From: Eutreptiella sp. 'Long Island Sound 2002'
Taxonomy: Eukaryota; Protista; Euglenida
Assembly: GCA_964036045.1 (NCBI GenBank)
Contig: OZ038379.1
Coordinates: 79,732,001 to 79,796,000 of the forward strand
DNA length: 64,000 nucleotides
Reading direction: 5' to 3'
Positions 35,400 to 47,430 of this stretch are shown one piece after another (the first letter of the stretch is position 1; each line of letters starts with the position of its first letter). Position numbers and translations under genes: made by a program. The notes under the pieces were generated by a model. That model was given only the letters and a program-made list of their open reading frames with translations. It had not been told where the DNA came from and made no database searches.

Positions 35400-36300
35400 C
35401 CTCATGGCTTTTGTTCCCCGCCACTCCTGGCGGGTCCGCTTGTTGTGGTGGTGGGTGGTCCCTCGCCAGTCCTGGCTTGGGGTCCAGGATGCATTTCTCC
35501 TGCACTCCTGGCTGGGGTCCGCTGCCGGTGATTGTGGTTGGTCCCTTGCCACTCCTGGCTGGGGGTCCTGGTTGCGGTTCCTCGCCACTCCTGGCTTGGG
35601 TCCGCCAGTTGCGGTGGTGGTGGTTGTTGGTTTCCTTGGGTTTGGGTCAAGTTTTCCCGTGTTCTGTGTGTTTGTGGCGTGGGCGGGTGTGTGTGGTGCT
35701 CGTGTCTTCGGGTGTTTTGTGTGTTTGTGGTGCTGGTGTTGGTGGTTGTGTGGGTGATGTGGCGTTGATGTGTCTTCGGTGTGCGCTGGGGTGTGTGCAT
35801 GTGTGCGTGTGGTGTGTCTCCGGTCTTTTGCTGCTTGACCCTGCTTCTTTCGGCTGGGGCTTGCAGCTGGTGTTTGTGTTAGTGTGGCTGGTGCGTGTTG
35901 CGGGTGGTCCTTCGCCATTCCTGGATGAAGGCCCTTGGTGCGGTTCCCCGCCACTCCTGGCTGGGGTCCGCTCTGGGGTCCTTTGCCGGCGGTGGTGGGT
36001 GGACCCTCGCCATTCCTGGCAGACGTCCCTGGGTGCGGTTCCCTGCCACTCCTGGCTGGGGTCAGCTGGTTATAGTGGTGGTTGGTCCCTGGCCACTCCT
36101 GGCTGAGGGTTGTGGTTGCGGTGCCCCCACACTCCTGGCTGTGGTCCGCTGCCGGTGGTGGTGGTGGGTGGCCCCTTGCCCCTCCTGGCTGAGGGCCGTG
36201 GGTGCGGCTCCCCGCCACTCCTGGCTGGGGTCCGCTGGCTGTGGTGGTGGGTGGTCCCACGCCACTGCTGGCTGAGGGTCCTGGGGGCTGTTACCCGCTT
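35400..36300. repeat. Array of GCCACTCCTGGCTGGG monomers upstream of LINE 1 ORF
   Basis: Motif recurs at ~40-70 bp spacing in two clusters. It is the same core as at 9240-10100 and 20740-20880. Confidence 0.9.
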
Positions 36301-36847
36301 TTCCCGGCCGGGATTTGCTTGTGGCTGTGGTGTGGCGGTGTCGTGCGTGTGTGTGGGTGTGTTACGTTGTGGTTGGTGGTCCCTCCCCTTCTCCGTGGCC
36401 CTGGTGTGTCCGTGTGTGTGTTGTGTGCCGCCTCCCGCTGGTGTCTGTCGTGTGTGGGGCTCTTGTGTGCTGGGCTTGCGTGTGTGTGTGTGTGTGCGTG
36501 TGGTGTGTCCAGTGTGTGGGTTTTGGGGTATGTCATATCCGCTTTGGTTCGCGTTGTCGGCCGACATCTTCACCATAAAAGGCAGGAAAGAAGGTCGTGT
36601 AAATGTGTAGCGTGTGGTTGGGTGGGGGGACGGGTGTTTCGACCCTTATCCCTGTCCCCCACCTTGGTCGTTGTTTGTCGCCTTTGCCTTTGTTTTGCTG
36701 CTCGGTGGTACCTGCTGAGTGTAGAGGTGCGGCTTGGTGTGGTGCCAAGAGTTACGGTTTCGTTACGCGGTTCGGTGTTGTGTTTGGCCCTGCCCGTTGG
36801 CTGCCCTTTTTTCTCGGTTGTGCGTGTCTCGTGGCTTGCGATTTTGG

Positions 36848-37560
36848 TTCGATAACATACCTCGCACTACTACGGCTACTCGGCTACTGTCATACTTGTG
36901 TCCTTCCCCTGTAGAGAGCCGGTGCAAGGCGTAGGGGTTGGGTGGGTGTGGCGGGCGGCGGGTGGCGGTCAAACCTCTCCTCCTTTGTTTTCGTTTTTCT
37001 TTCTTTTTCTACCATGGTGTTTTCCTGCTTTCCTTTACCTATTCAGTTGTGTTGTCTGTCATACCATGCTTCTGCGTTTTTGTCTTGGGGCGGACGCGGT
37101 CTGCTCGTACTTGTAATGCATGGTTCGATAAATACCTCATTGTCTTACCTTGTGTGTTTCCCGTATAGAGAGTGTGTGCACGGTGTAAGGGATTTGTGGG
37201 CATGGCGGGCGGCGGCCGGTGTTCATACCTCTCATCTCCCCGCTTTCTTTTTCGGTGTTTTTGTGCCTTCCCTCCCCTAGATAGTAGTGTTGTGTGCCAT
37301 ACCATGCTGCTCGTTTCCGTCCGTTTGTTCTTGTACGTGTATTGCGTGTCTGTTCGATAACATACCTCCTTCTCATACCTTGTGTTTCCCTTATAGAGAG
37401 CGTGTGCAAGGTGTAGGAGTTGTTTGGGCGTGGCAGGCGGCGGATAGTCTTTATACCTCTTCTCTCCTCCCCGTTTTTTTTGTCATACCATGGTGTTTTC
37501 TTGACTTCCCATACCTTTCTTTTTGTTTGCCATACCATGCCCCTTCTTTTTCGTCTTGGG
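36848..37560. repeat. Three degenerate ~230-275 bp tandem monomers
   Basis: TTCGATAA(C/A)...TACCTC at ~36848, 37124 and 37354, each followed by TAGAGAG..GTGCA.GG.GTA and CATACCATGC. Confidence 0.8.
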
Positions 37561-38246
37561 CCGGACTTCGTCTCCACGTTCGGTTGCGCTTCGGTGTTGA
37601 TGTTGCTATTGACATAGGAACATATGGGCGCGGTATGTGCATGTTTGCATGATTTGTGAAGCTTGTGGTTGTTGCGTTGTTTGTTTTTTTGTGCGTTGTC
37701 CCTTCGGCCTCCTTCGTAACATACTTGGTTTCCACACCTATGCATATGTAGCGGGGGTGGTGCGGGTTGCATATAAGTTCATTCGCTTTGCCTCCCCTAG
37801 TTTCTCCCTTCCCCCCTTGTAACATACTTGAATCACATACCATATTTTCTCCGTGGCCCGTGGAGTTGGCGTTTGGTCGGTCGTGGGTCTTGTGCGTTGG
37901 TTTCACGCTTGCGTTCTCTATTTGGGGTTTTTTGTCTCTCTCCGCCCCCTTTTTTTTCGACGCGCACAAGTCGCCTAGCTCCTACGGCAGGCACTTTGCT
38001 AGTTGGTTTGGGGCACGCAACGCTCAACTTCGCTGTCGTTGTGGCTCTTGTGTTCGTGTTTTTTTCTGTGAGTGTCCGATGATTTTCGACCTCGCCAAAC
38101 AGCGGCGTAAATTTTTTTGGTGGGTTTCTGAGGTCGGAAAAAACAATTTTTCCATGTATTTCTTCCCGCTGTGCGGCTTTTTCTTGGTTTTTTTCCTCTG
38201 CTGCAACTGCGCGCGACGCATCCATGGTTTTGGTAGGTAGACTGAC

Positions 38247-38375
38247 TGGATTTTTGTGTTTGAGGCGTTGCAGTCCATTGGAGCCCTTCTGGACTTCGAG
38301 GTTCTCAGCACCCCACTGTATGGATACTTACTTGTTCTTCAGAAGAAACAAGTCTGTACATCTTTTCTTTGTGCA
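38247..38375. repeat. 129-bp direct repeat, right copy
   Basis: Partner of 20087-20215. Confidence 0.9.
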
Positions 38376-38911
38376 AAGCTGGCCAGGGTTGACCCTGTCC
38401 CTAAATGGCTTTGTTGTTTGTGTACCTTTGTTTATTGGGAAAACTTATATTTGAGTTTTGAGGTTGCACTTCATTCATCACTCACAAATATGCACTGGCA
38501 CTCCACACAAGCACACCACTAGCCACAGGCACGTCACAATGCAGGTTTTGAAAACCAATGCACAGTTTTCCCCTAGGTTGGGAGACCTTTTGCAGGTTTT
38601 TCAAGCCTATTGCAGGAGAGTTCTAAAATCAAACACAAGTCATTCTTTCCGGCAGCCTTGTTGAAATTGTTTGACTATCTTGGAAAGGAAACTCAATGAC
38701 CCATGAGTTTGAGGCGGATATGATACATCACATTACCTGTACTGTATCGGAGCGATACGATACATTACACGTACTGTATTGTCAGAACCTTGGCTGCTCC
38801 CTTGTTGTCGCCGCAGACTCCGATAGTAAGAGATTTGGCATAATAGGCTGAGAATGTCGACGGTGAGGTAGTAATGGACGTTAAAGTGACTCTGATGAGA
38901 ATAATTGTGCA

Positions 38912-41377
38912 ATGGTTACGTCAGACAGCGAGAGCGAAGCAGTTGAGCTGCTGCCAGCCGTCAGCGCCTCTGCATTGTGCACAGGGGCAGGTGCACACAG
39001 GATAAGCTCTGGAGGAGATAGCCATCAGTCATTAAATTTCAGTCGCATGCATGTCATGGATGTGCGCTGTGTTTCTTATGATGCGTTCTTGTGTGACCCC
39101 CACCGTAAGGCCCTTGGACAGGTTGAGGAAACTGTGAAGAAACACAAGGGCCGCCGCGATTGTAAAAGAAAAGTGCACCCAAGGGCTCCCTACAGCCCCA
39201 CTGTGCATATGGTAAACCGCTTCGGCGTGAAATCACAATGTTTCATTGACATATCTCCATTTGATATGAAAAGAAAGCATTTGTACAAGAGTGTGTCGCT
39301 GCCTGCCAGCTTAAATTCTGATGCTGTAATTGTAGAGGTAGATTTGGAGCAGGACATTGGAAGTGTTCCTAAGGATGATTGTACGAGTTACTGTGTTGCC
39401 ATTCTACCCTATGTTCCTCTGCACCCAAAGATTGGTACAGACTCCCTTGTGGTAGCCAGTTCTGAAAACAGTGGCAGTGCGCTTCCTCCCCGTGCTTAGA
39501 ACCCGCGGCTGCGTGCGTTGCTCGGTTACTTGCAGTCATGGGGTGAAGTGTCAGCGAACCTAGCCGGTGACACAGTTCGAATGTGTGAGCTCTACTTCAA
39601 AGGTAGGCAGCCAAATGAATCGCCTGCCGTGCACAGCCAGTCACACTCACAGAAAGACTTCAGCCAATCACATGCAAAGGGCAGCCAATCAAACCAAAGG
39701 TCCAACAGGATCCCCAGTACATGGACTACCTAAGGTGTTGGGCTGAGAGGGCAGTGTTGAGTTTGGATGACTTGGCCCTAGATCTCCCATCCCTGCCACG
39801 CAACCTTGGTATTGGGCGTTATGGTACCACCACCTGGGATGGGCGACACATCACATCACAAAGGTCTTCTGAGGCAGTCTTTTTTATAGATAAGGTGTCG
39901 GGCACGGCAGTTGACTATGTTGTGAAGATAGTCGCCGCAGTGGTGCGAATCAGAAAGACCCAGCGAAAGAAAAGGGTTCCTGCGTATCTAGTGCTGGAGT
40001 CACAGCATTCTGACAGTCTGAGCGCTGACAACACGTCATCCTGCACAAGTAACTGAAATGGTGTTGCTGTGTTCTTGGAGTCAGCGCGTCTTGAGGCATT
40101 CACAGACCATAAGGTGTATGTTATGTTGTATTCTGCGCTGGTATTCAAGAGGTGTGACGATCATATTCCAAATTTTGTAGATGCGGAATGCAGTCGCAGG
40201 GTCATTCATTTGGTGAAGACAGATGCACGGATCCGTCACATGCTACATATAGCAGGTAAACATACATGCAACCCTACAATGGATGCTCAGATACATTGCA
40301 CAAACACTGTAGAAGCAACGTAAGCCAGAGTGGACTATGCTGCGGCAGCGCCTCCCCACCCTGCAGGAAAGGGAGGCCGTATCAAGTTCCGCTCCCTTGA
40401 TAGGTTTGTAACCTTTGTGTGGTGCGCACAGGCCTAGGTTCGGCACGGCCAAGGTGTGTACGAGTTGTTGGCAGACGATAATGTGCCAGTACTGAATGAT
40501 GATGACGTTGCATTGGTAATTATTCTAATTGCCTCTTTCGGTTACTCCTTTGAGCGCGTCTTCCTGAAGGGAACGCAGAGGCATGGTAGAATGCAGGTCA
40601 GTCCGTACAACACATGGCGCCAGGGTATGTTGCAAGCGAAAGAGAATTGGAGAGCAATACCTCAAGACACAGCACCGTATCCCAATGTGGAGGTGGAGCT
40701 CACGTGGACGCGCATGCTGGTGGACAGTACATTGCTCATATTCAATAAACATTGACACACAGTCCTGATTGATAGCGCTGCAGATGTTACAATTAGCACG
40801 CACAACAGACTTGGTGAGACGTATTTTCGGTATTTCGGCTGTCACACCCGTAACAATCGCCGGCAGAGGGCCATCCTGATGTGAGCCCACATTGTGGCAA
40901 CGTTATCTACGTACGGTACAAATGCTGCAGACCGACGGACAGTGCAGCACACGTGTCACGCAAATGCATTCCTGACTGATCTGCCTTAATGTCCACTGCT
41001 GTGGGTACTCAGTGGATGGAGAAAGTCGTGGCAAGTAACAGCAGAACAGGGTAAAAGAGGCTAAGGGCCGTGCCAAGCAGCTGGACATGGAGGTGCTGCA
41101 GCGGCTGCGTTCCAATTGCTGGGTCGGTTCCAGCAGGGACAAACTAACCCTTGCTGTCATGGAAGAGGCATTGCGGGCCATGAAGGCAACTCGGTGCCAT
41201 CCTCGGGCGCTGATGAGTGGTGACTAGAAGGTATTGAAGGACAAACTACTAAAAATGAAAACTTCCACGGCACACGCAATAGCAGTTAATTCTGATGAGG
41301 GAGAAGAGTGTGACAGATTCGATGTCAATGGCTCTGCCAGTGATCCAGATAGTTCAGAACATGAACAGGAAGACTGA
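38912..41377 (+). pseudogene. Degenerate long coding-like region of unknown family (possibly a DNA transposase)
   Basis: Successive same-strand ORFs (38912-39499, 39721-40056, 40069-40323, 40456-40755) are joined by stops or frameshifts. The region ends in an acidic tail, NSDEGEECDRFD...EHEQED*. Confidence 0.35.
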
Positions 41378-44300
41378 AGTCCTCCCCTGACCCCTGTGCA
41401 TGTCTTGTTCCCCTTGGGTGTCCGCCGTGTTCTTCAACGCAGTACACACCTCTCCATCTTTACAGGATGCCGACGACTATAGATATGAACGCGAGGTCCA
41501 CGTGTGACAGGACAAATTTTGGTGTGTTTCAGTTTGGAACACATGAATGAAAAGCTGTTCGGTGCCACAGCGACAGGGACATCCCAGTGAACGCCTTTGC
41601 TGTGCCTGTAGGTATGCTATATCAGATAATGTCACAACGTTCCAGTCTGTTGCGATATTATGTTACTATGAAGCTACAGGTGTTTGGGTGTCTGCGGTCC
41701 AAAAAAGACAACGAGGATGCCCACAGACGGGCACCCAGCAGAGAAATTAAAGACAGGGGGAATCCGGAGCCCACGAAGAGGAGGGGCTTCCACAACACAC
41801 GTGACTCAAACTGACAGGGTCCAGAAATGCATTTACAGTCTCTGTTCTTGGGGAAAGGGGGTACAGCCCGGGAGTAACTGCCTAAGACCTTATCTAGGCA
41901 AGAAATCACACCGAAGCGGGTGCCTGCAGTTCAGAAATCATGTACTTGAGGGGTTCTCCGCCCAGTTGTCACAGACAGAGGGGTTCCAGCGCAGCCGGCA
42001 CAGGCAAGGTGGGTCAAAATCCCAGAGGTTAGATTTTGAAGGTCGATGGCCGGGTGATCATCAGCACAGCGGGCCCCAGAGCACAAACGTCACAAAGATG
42101 GAGACTGTGGCGAGAACGACGGAGGTAGAGGGGGTGAGTATCGGGGAGTCCAGGGCAGAATTGGCCACCAGGGAGCCCCAAACAGGCTAAAGATTGGGCT
42201 GGGTGCGGAACGGGAGTGTGGGCATTCGAGCTTCACCCAATCTTGCTGCCAACATTTAGGGCATATTAAAACACAATCACACAAGCAGTAGCTCCCGAAA
42301 CGGAGACGGCGCATAGGCCCTGAAAATGGCCGGTGGTTTTAGCTCCGAGTGGGGGCATGCACAGGCTGGATTTTGGTATGGCGGTATAACACTTAGATAT
42401 TGGAGATCACCCTTTGATTCTTCATTCATCGATACAATTTTTTTAGTTAAAACGGACGTCAGAATCGGGAATGGCTAAGTAGACACAGTGCATAGACACA
42501 AACATCAACATAAAGGATCTGCCGACATTTTGCACATGCATCCACCGTCAAATATGGACAGAAGTGAAGACCATTTCTTATTTTCAGAATACAGTTTTGA
42601 TAGGGGGGACACATGCATCGCCTGCCATTTTAGAGAATGTGCGTTTCCTGGCGCTCTGTAGGTCTTGATCTCTCCAAACCATTTCGCGCAAAGCGCCGCC
42701 AATGCTGCTTATGACTTGAAGGAGCTAGAGGATTGAGAACGGGCTTGGCGTCCCCACCCAAGCAGCGCAGTCCACCAAGTAGCCCCATCGCCGCCCCACG
42801 ACCCTCATCAGGTGTCTCCTCATGGTGCCAGTGGGCAATGGAAGGCGCGCGTTGGGAAGATAGGCAAAGAAGTCAAATTGCCTGCGGCATAGGGATGCAG
42901 ATTAGCAGCGACCTCAAATGTAATTCGCCGAATTCGCTGCGAATTGGTTCGCATGGCCAATTTGCTGCAAATTCGGCGTGAAATTTGCAGTACTGCAAAT
43001 TCTCAGGCGACGCCAAAATGATCACGCATGCGTCGTCTTTTGTGCAGATGAAAAGCCAACTTTGACTTGTGCCATGCAATTTTTTCTCACTTCATACAAT
43101 GAAAATCATGATGATTGCGCTTCGATTCAGCTACTCAGTTCCTTGGGCAGTGCCTGCATACTCATGTTCCGAACAAACTTGTGTTTGAGTTTCGAACGCA
43201 TCAGTGTGTCCGCCTACGTCCACTGAACACGAAAGTGCCCTTTCTTCCCTGCAGAACCCTGGCAGTTCGGAGAAACACATTTCACCAACTTTTCATTTTT
43301 GACTTCTTTTGACTTTGGTCAGTCAAAACGCTTTCTCCCCTGCTTAGTCTTTGCTTTGGTACCCTCCTTACCCTTTCTGGTTCCGTGCAAGCAGAGAAAT
43401 CCTTGTCACCAGTCCAGATTTGACAGTGCACCGTGACAGTCACATGGTCATGATGATTGACAAGCGCGACAATGATATTGTTAATGGATTTCCCATTGCT
43501 AGTTTGCCTTCGGTTTCCGTGGTATTTGTCATCCGCTCTCGTATATGAATTTCACAGCCCAAAGATTCAATGCAAGAATGCAATGAATCATGGCCCAATA
43601 AGGGCAACAAGTGGATCACAATTGATGGTTTGTGTTTGGACTGGTGATTTTGCATACTTAGTTGCTTCTTTTCCAAAAACCATTTTAAAGAATTAAGGAA
43701 GGGTCCATAGGTATAAATTTGAAATTCTGGGTTTTGAGATGTCTTTTTTTTGGTCAAATCTTATATGCACGGTGAATGAAAGCAACAACGCTGAAAGCTT
43801 TCAGGTCCCCATGGCATTCCCATATGCAAGGAGATGAATTAAACCAGGAAGGAAACCTTTAGGTCTGCCTGTGGATTCTGAAAGTCAGGTGAATTCAAGA
43901 GAAAATGGGGCAATTCCAATCTCAAGTTGGGAATTGCAATTTGGGAGGGTCCACAAATTCGTGCAAATTTGGGGCAAACTCGAATTCGATCTTATTTGTG
44001 CAAAGATGAATCTGCATCCCTACCCCGGCAGCATACAAGGTTGACGCGGAGACTCCAAGGAAGTATTGGTGGAACAACCCGGATGGTATGTGGTTGCAAA
44101 CATTTTGGTGTATGGTTGTTGATTTGCGTGTTTTCTCATCCAACCTATTCTTTGCGATGCAGCAGATGTCCAGATTGCCTTCCACAGGCCACAGCCCTGG
44201 TGAGTCACGTGGCATGCCAAGCTGCCCAAAGAACAACCAGTTGAAGTTTGGTAAGGAGCTTCTTTTGTGACGGGGATTTGGTCGCATGGTTGTGCTCAAG

Positions 44301-46115
44301 TAGGAGAGCTGATCTCATTCCCGCAGGTCTCTTGGATAGGTGAAGACAAAAAGGGCATTTGCCAGCTTCCTCCTGGCCTGCTGCGGCTCCGCATGTGCAG
44401 CTTTGCTTGGGGTCAATTCCTGTTTGTGCAGGTGATTTCCTCTTTCAGGACACCCGTCCAACACCTTTACAATAAGAGTACTTGCTTGGCGGAGCTTCAA
44501 CGACTACCGACACGGCTATTATCATCGGTCCGTTGGAGTACCGATGCAACAGCTGAATCCCTATCCTAGCCAGCGATAAGCCCGGCGCACAGGACCCAAA
44601 TGCCTTCACTAGGGGTATGTTTCAGGACTTCATCTTCGTCATCATCAGCGTCATCATCATCTTGCTCTCCCACGTCGGACGCGCCCGACGATGCTTCTCA
44701 GACATCGTGGTACTCATCTGCAGCAGACGATCCATGGAGGTATGAGGATACCTTCTTAGCGTGATCTGCCGGAAATGGCTTGAGGTCGGGGGACTAGTTG
44801 ATTTCAATTGAGGAGTCAAACATTTTGGTCGCTGAAAAGCAGTGCAGGCAATGCGCCTGACGCTCGCGTTTATAAGAATGTGCTGCACAGCTTCAAATTT
44901 GTGCAGATGCAGGTTTCATTTTTTCAATTTTCTGAAGAGCTGTCGGAAAAGCCGGCGCAGGTGCAATTATGTCTACGCGTATGTCTATGCGCTATGTCTA
45001 CTTAGCCACAGGACTTTGCAATTTTTGATGTTTCAGAAGGGTCGATTTTTTTGTATCATCTGATTTCGAATGCTTTAGTGTTTATATTGACACTGTCAGA
45101 ATCTCGAGTAACGTCATTTTGCAGGAATCCAACTTTTGGCAGTCGAATGTTTTGTCGTCGTTGTGCTTGCCTTGTGCCATGTACACCTTGATGCTGTGTT
45201 TCACCTTAAGTGGTTTCGACCAACCTTTGACTCCACTTGAGTATAGGGTCAAACACTTCTCCCTTTGACTCTTAGCATCTCCTCTTGCATGATGGCTTGA
45301 GGTTCGGAGCCCAGCGATGCAGTTGGAGGACTAGACTCATTCAGGCCACCGGAGGCACAGGTGTGTTGAACACAGTTTGACGGAAGCTTCTTTCGTTGTC
45401 ATAACTTCGTTTGATAAAGTCTTTTCTTTTGCAGGGGTGGCCGCCGAAAGATATTCCACACCAATAGAGGAATAACTCATTTAGGCAAGGTCGGTCCCAG
45501 CTTTCATTGTCATTTGCCGATGCGAGATCGTGTGTCCAAAATCCTTGCAATCAAACGTCAGCATGGACAGATTGCATGCTTACCTCGGTGTGGTCACCTT
45601 CAACCTTCAGATTTTGCCGACCAACGAGATTCCAACGACCATAATGCCACAGGGGAGGATTAACTCGGTTCAACCCAGCCACCAAGGTTGTATGCTTGTT
45701 TTCTTTGCCTTCGGCGTTTGTTTGCAAAGCATTTGTGTTGACTTGCTTTGTCAATTGTCACTCCCCTCCGGCATTTGCAATCTTTGATTGAGCAAACTAC
45801 AAGTTCGGCGTTTGCCTCTCCTAGAATGTAAGGTGACAACACCTGCCTATTCGACTGGGGCCGCTTATGGTGTGTGGGTCAGCAAGGTATTATGTTGTGG
45901 GAATTCCGCCGCAAGTTGTACAACGGAGAGAGAAATTGTGTTTTCACTGATGTATTGCAGTCGGAAGATGCCTTCAAGGCAAATGCGGCCAAAAATTGGT
46001 AGGTGGAGTGCGCAACGTAGGGGGGGCAGACCATTTCACTCCATCCCTGTGCCGCACTGGAGGATCCAACTCCAAAGCGTAAGAGGCGCTAATCTGCCCG
46101 TAGCATTGGACCTCC

Positions 46116-47430
46116 AACCAAACAACACAACACATCACAACACAACGCGACCCAACAAACAACAACACAACATATCACAGCACACCACAGCACGCAACGC
46201 CACACAAAACAATAAAGCTCGACACAACACGTAACTATAACACACGACACTACACAACACAACACGGCACAACATGGCGCGACAACACACAACAGAACAC
46301 AACACAATACCACACAACACAACGGAGCGCAACAGGACACAGCACAACACGGCACAACACAATGTACCACAACACAACACAACTTGACACAACACGATAC
46401 CACACAACGCGATGCGGCGCCACACAGCGCGACGAAACGCAACGGACCACACCATGACACAGTGCAGAACAACGCAACACGAATATGACTCACCACGACG
46501 GGGCGCTATGCGACACAACTGGACACAACGCAACGTCAGGCACTTCCTCACCACACAACACGACACAACAAGACACAAAACACCGCACAACAGCAAGATA
46601 ATTCACAACACACGATACTGCGCCACGGCACATCGCAGCATTACAAGACAAGACACCAAGAAACAGACCACTACACAACGCAACACAACACAATAGGACA
46701 CATTGCAACAGGACATAGCAAAACACAACACCACAAAATGCAACACGACACACCACGAGGTAATACAACACAGCCCGACGCAACACAACACAATACAAGA
46801 CAATGCAACGCAGCAAAGCAGAACACAACACAAATGCGAAACAACACCACACAACATGACTCAAGAAACACATAACAAAGCAACGCACCATGACACCAAA
46901 CAACGCGACACAAAGCAGGACACCGCACCACAACACAACGCCACACAGCACAGCAGGAAACAACGCAACACACCACAACACACCACGACGCAACACAACA
47001 CAACTCCGCACAACACAACAGAACATACCACAACAAGAGACAACATAACAAGGCACGAACCCCACAGGACCCCAGCGCCGCAGGACGACACCACCCGACA
47101 AGGCGCACCTCGGGGCGCGCCAAGACGCAATGAGAGGCCACGCCGCGCAGCACGGCACTGCACATTGCAACACTAAACGAACACGACACGACAAACCAAA
47201 ACACCCACCAAGCGCAAAACGAGGCAACACAAGACATTATCACACCACACGTTACCACAAGAACAGGTATGACACACCATGACATACAACCACACAACAG
47301 AGCGCAACCTGCCACGACACCAACACCACAAAATATGACACACAACAGCGTTACTACACGTAGCACGACGCAACACAACAGCAACGAAGGCCACAATGCA
47401 TGCAGGAATACCAACATACCCCATGTATCA
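46116..47430. repeat. Degenerate (ACAAC/GCAAC/ACACA)n pentameric satellite
   Basis: Strong 5-nt periodicity and an almost T-free plus strand. Confidence 0.92.

Larger units (their letters stand above)
20216..37830 (-). mobile_element. Very large non-LTR (LINE) element or composite: repetitive 5' region, APE-RT-RNase H-ZnF, Ulp1-like ORF, long 3' region
   Basis: Core domains are recognised (see the following features). The outer limits are inferred from the tail at 20216-20232 and the repeat arrays at 35400-37830. It is not proven to be a single element. Confidence 0.6.

Noticed and set aside
35400-36300. Repeat-spacer pattern resembling a CRISPR array
   Set aside because: Spacers are mutually similar and variable in length, no cas genes are present, and the context is eukaryotic TE.
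19033-38780. 12-bp inverted match AATACAGTACGT (19033-19044 and 38769-38780) resembling TA-flanked Tc1/pogo ends
   Set aside because: Similarity stops after 8 bp inside the putative element. Roughly a few hundred 12-bp inverted matches are expected by chance in 64 kb.
41400-46100. Scattered short ORFs and Cys clusters (e.g. NCTCAGF near 44960)
   Set aside because: No complete motif or consistent frame; left unannotated.
46089-47417. Cys/Val-rich ORFs resembling metallothionein or membrane proteins
   Set aside because: They are translations of the pentameric satellite.
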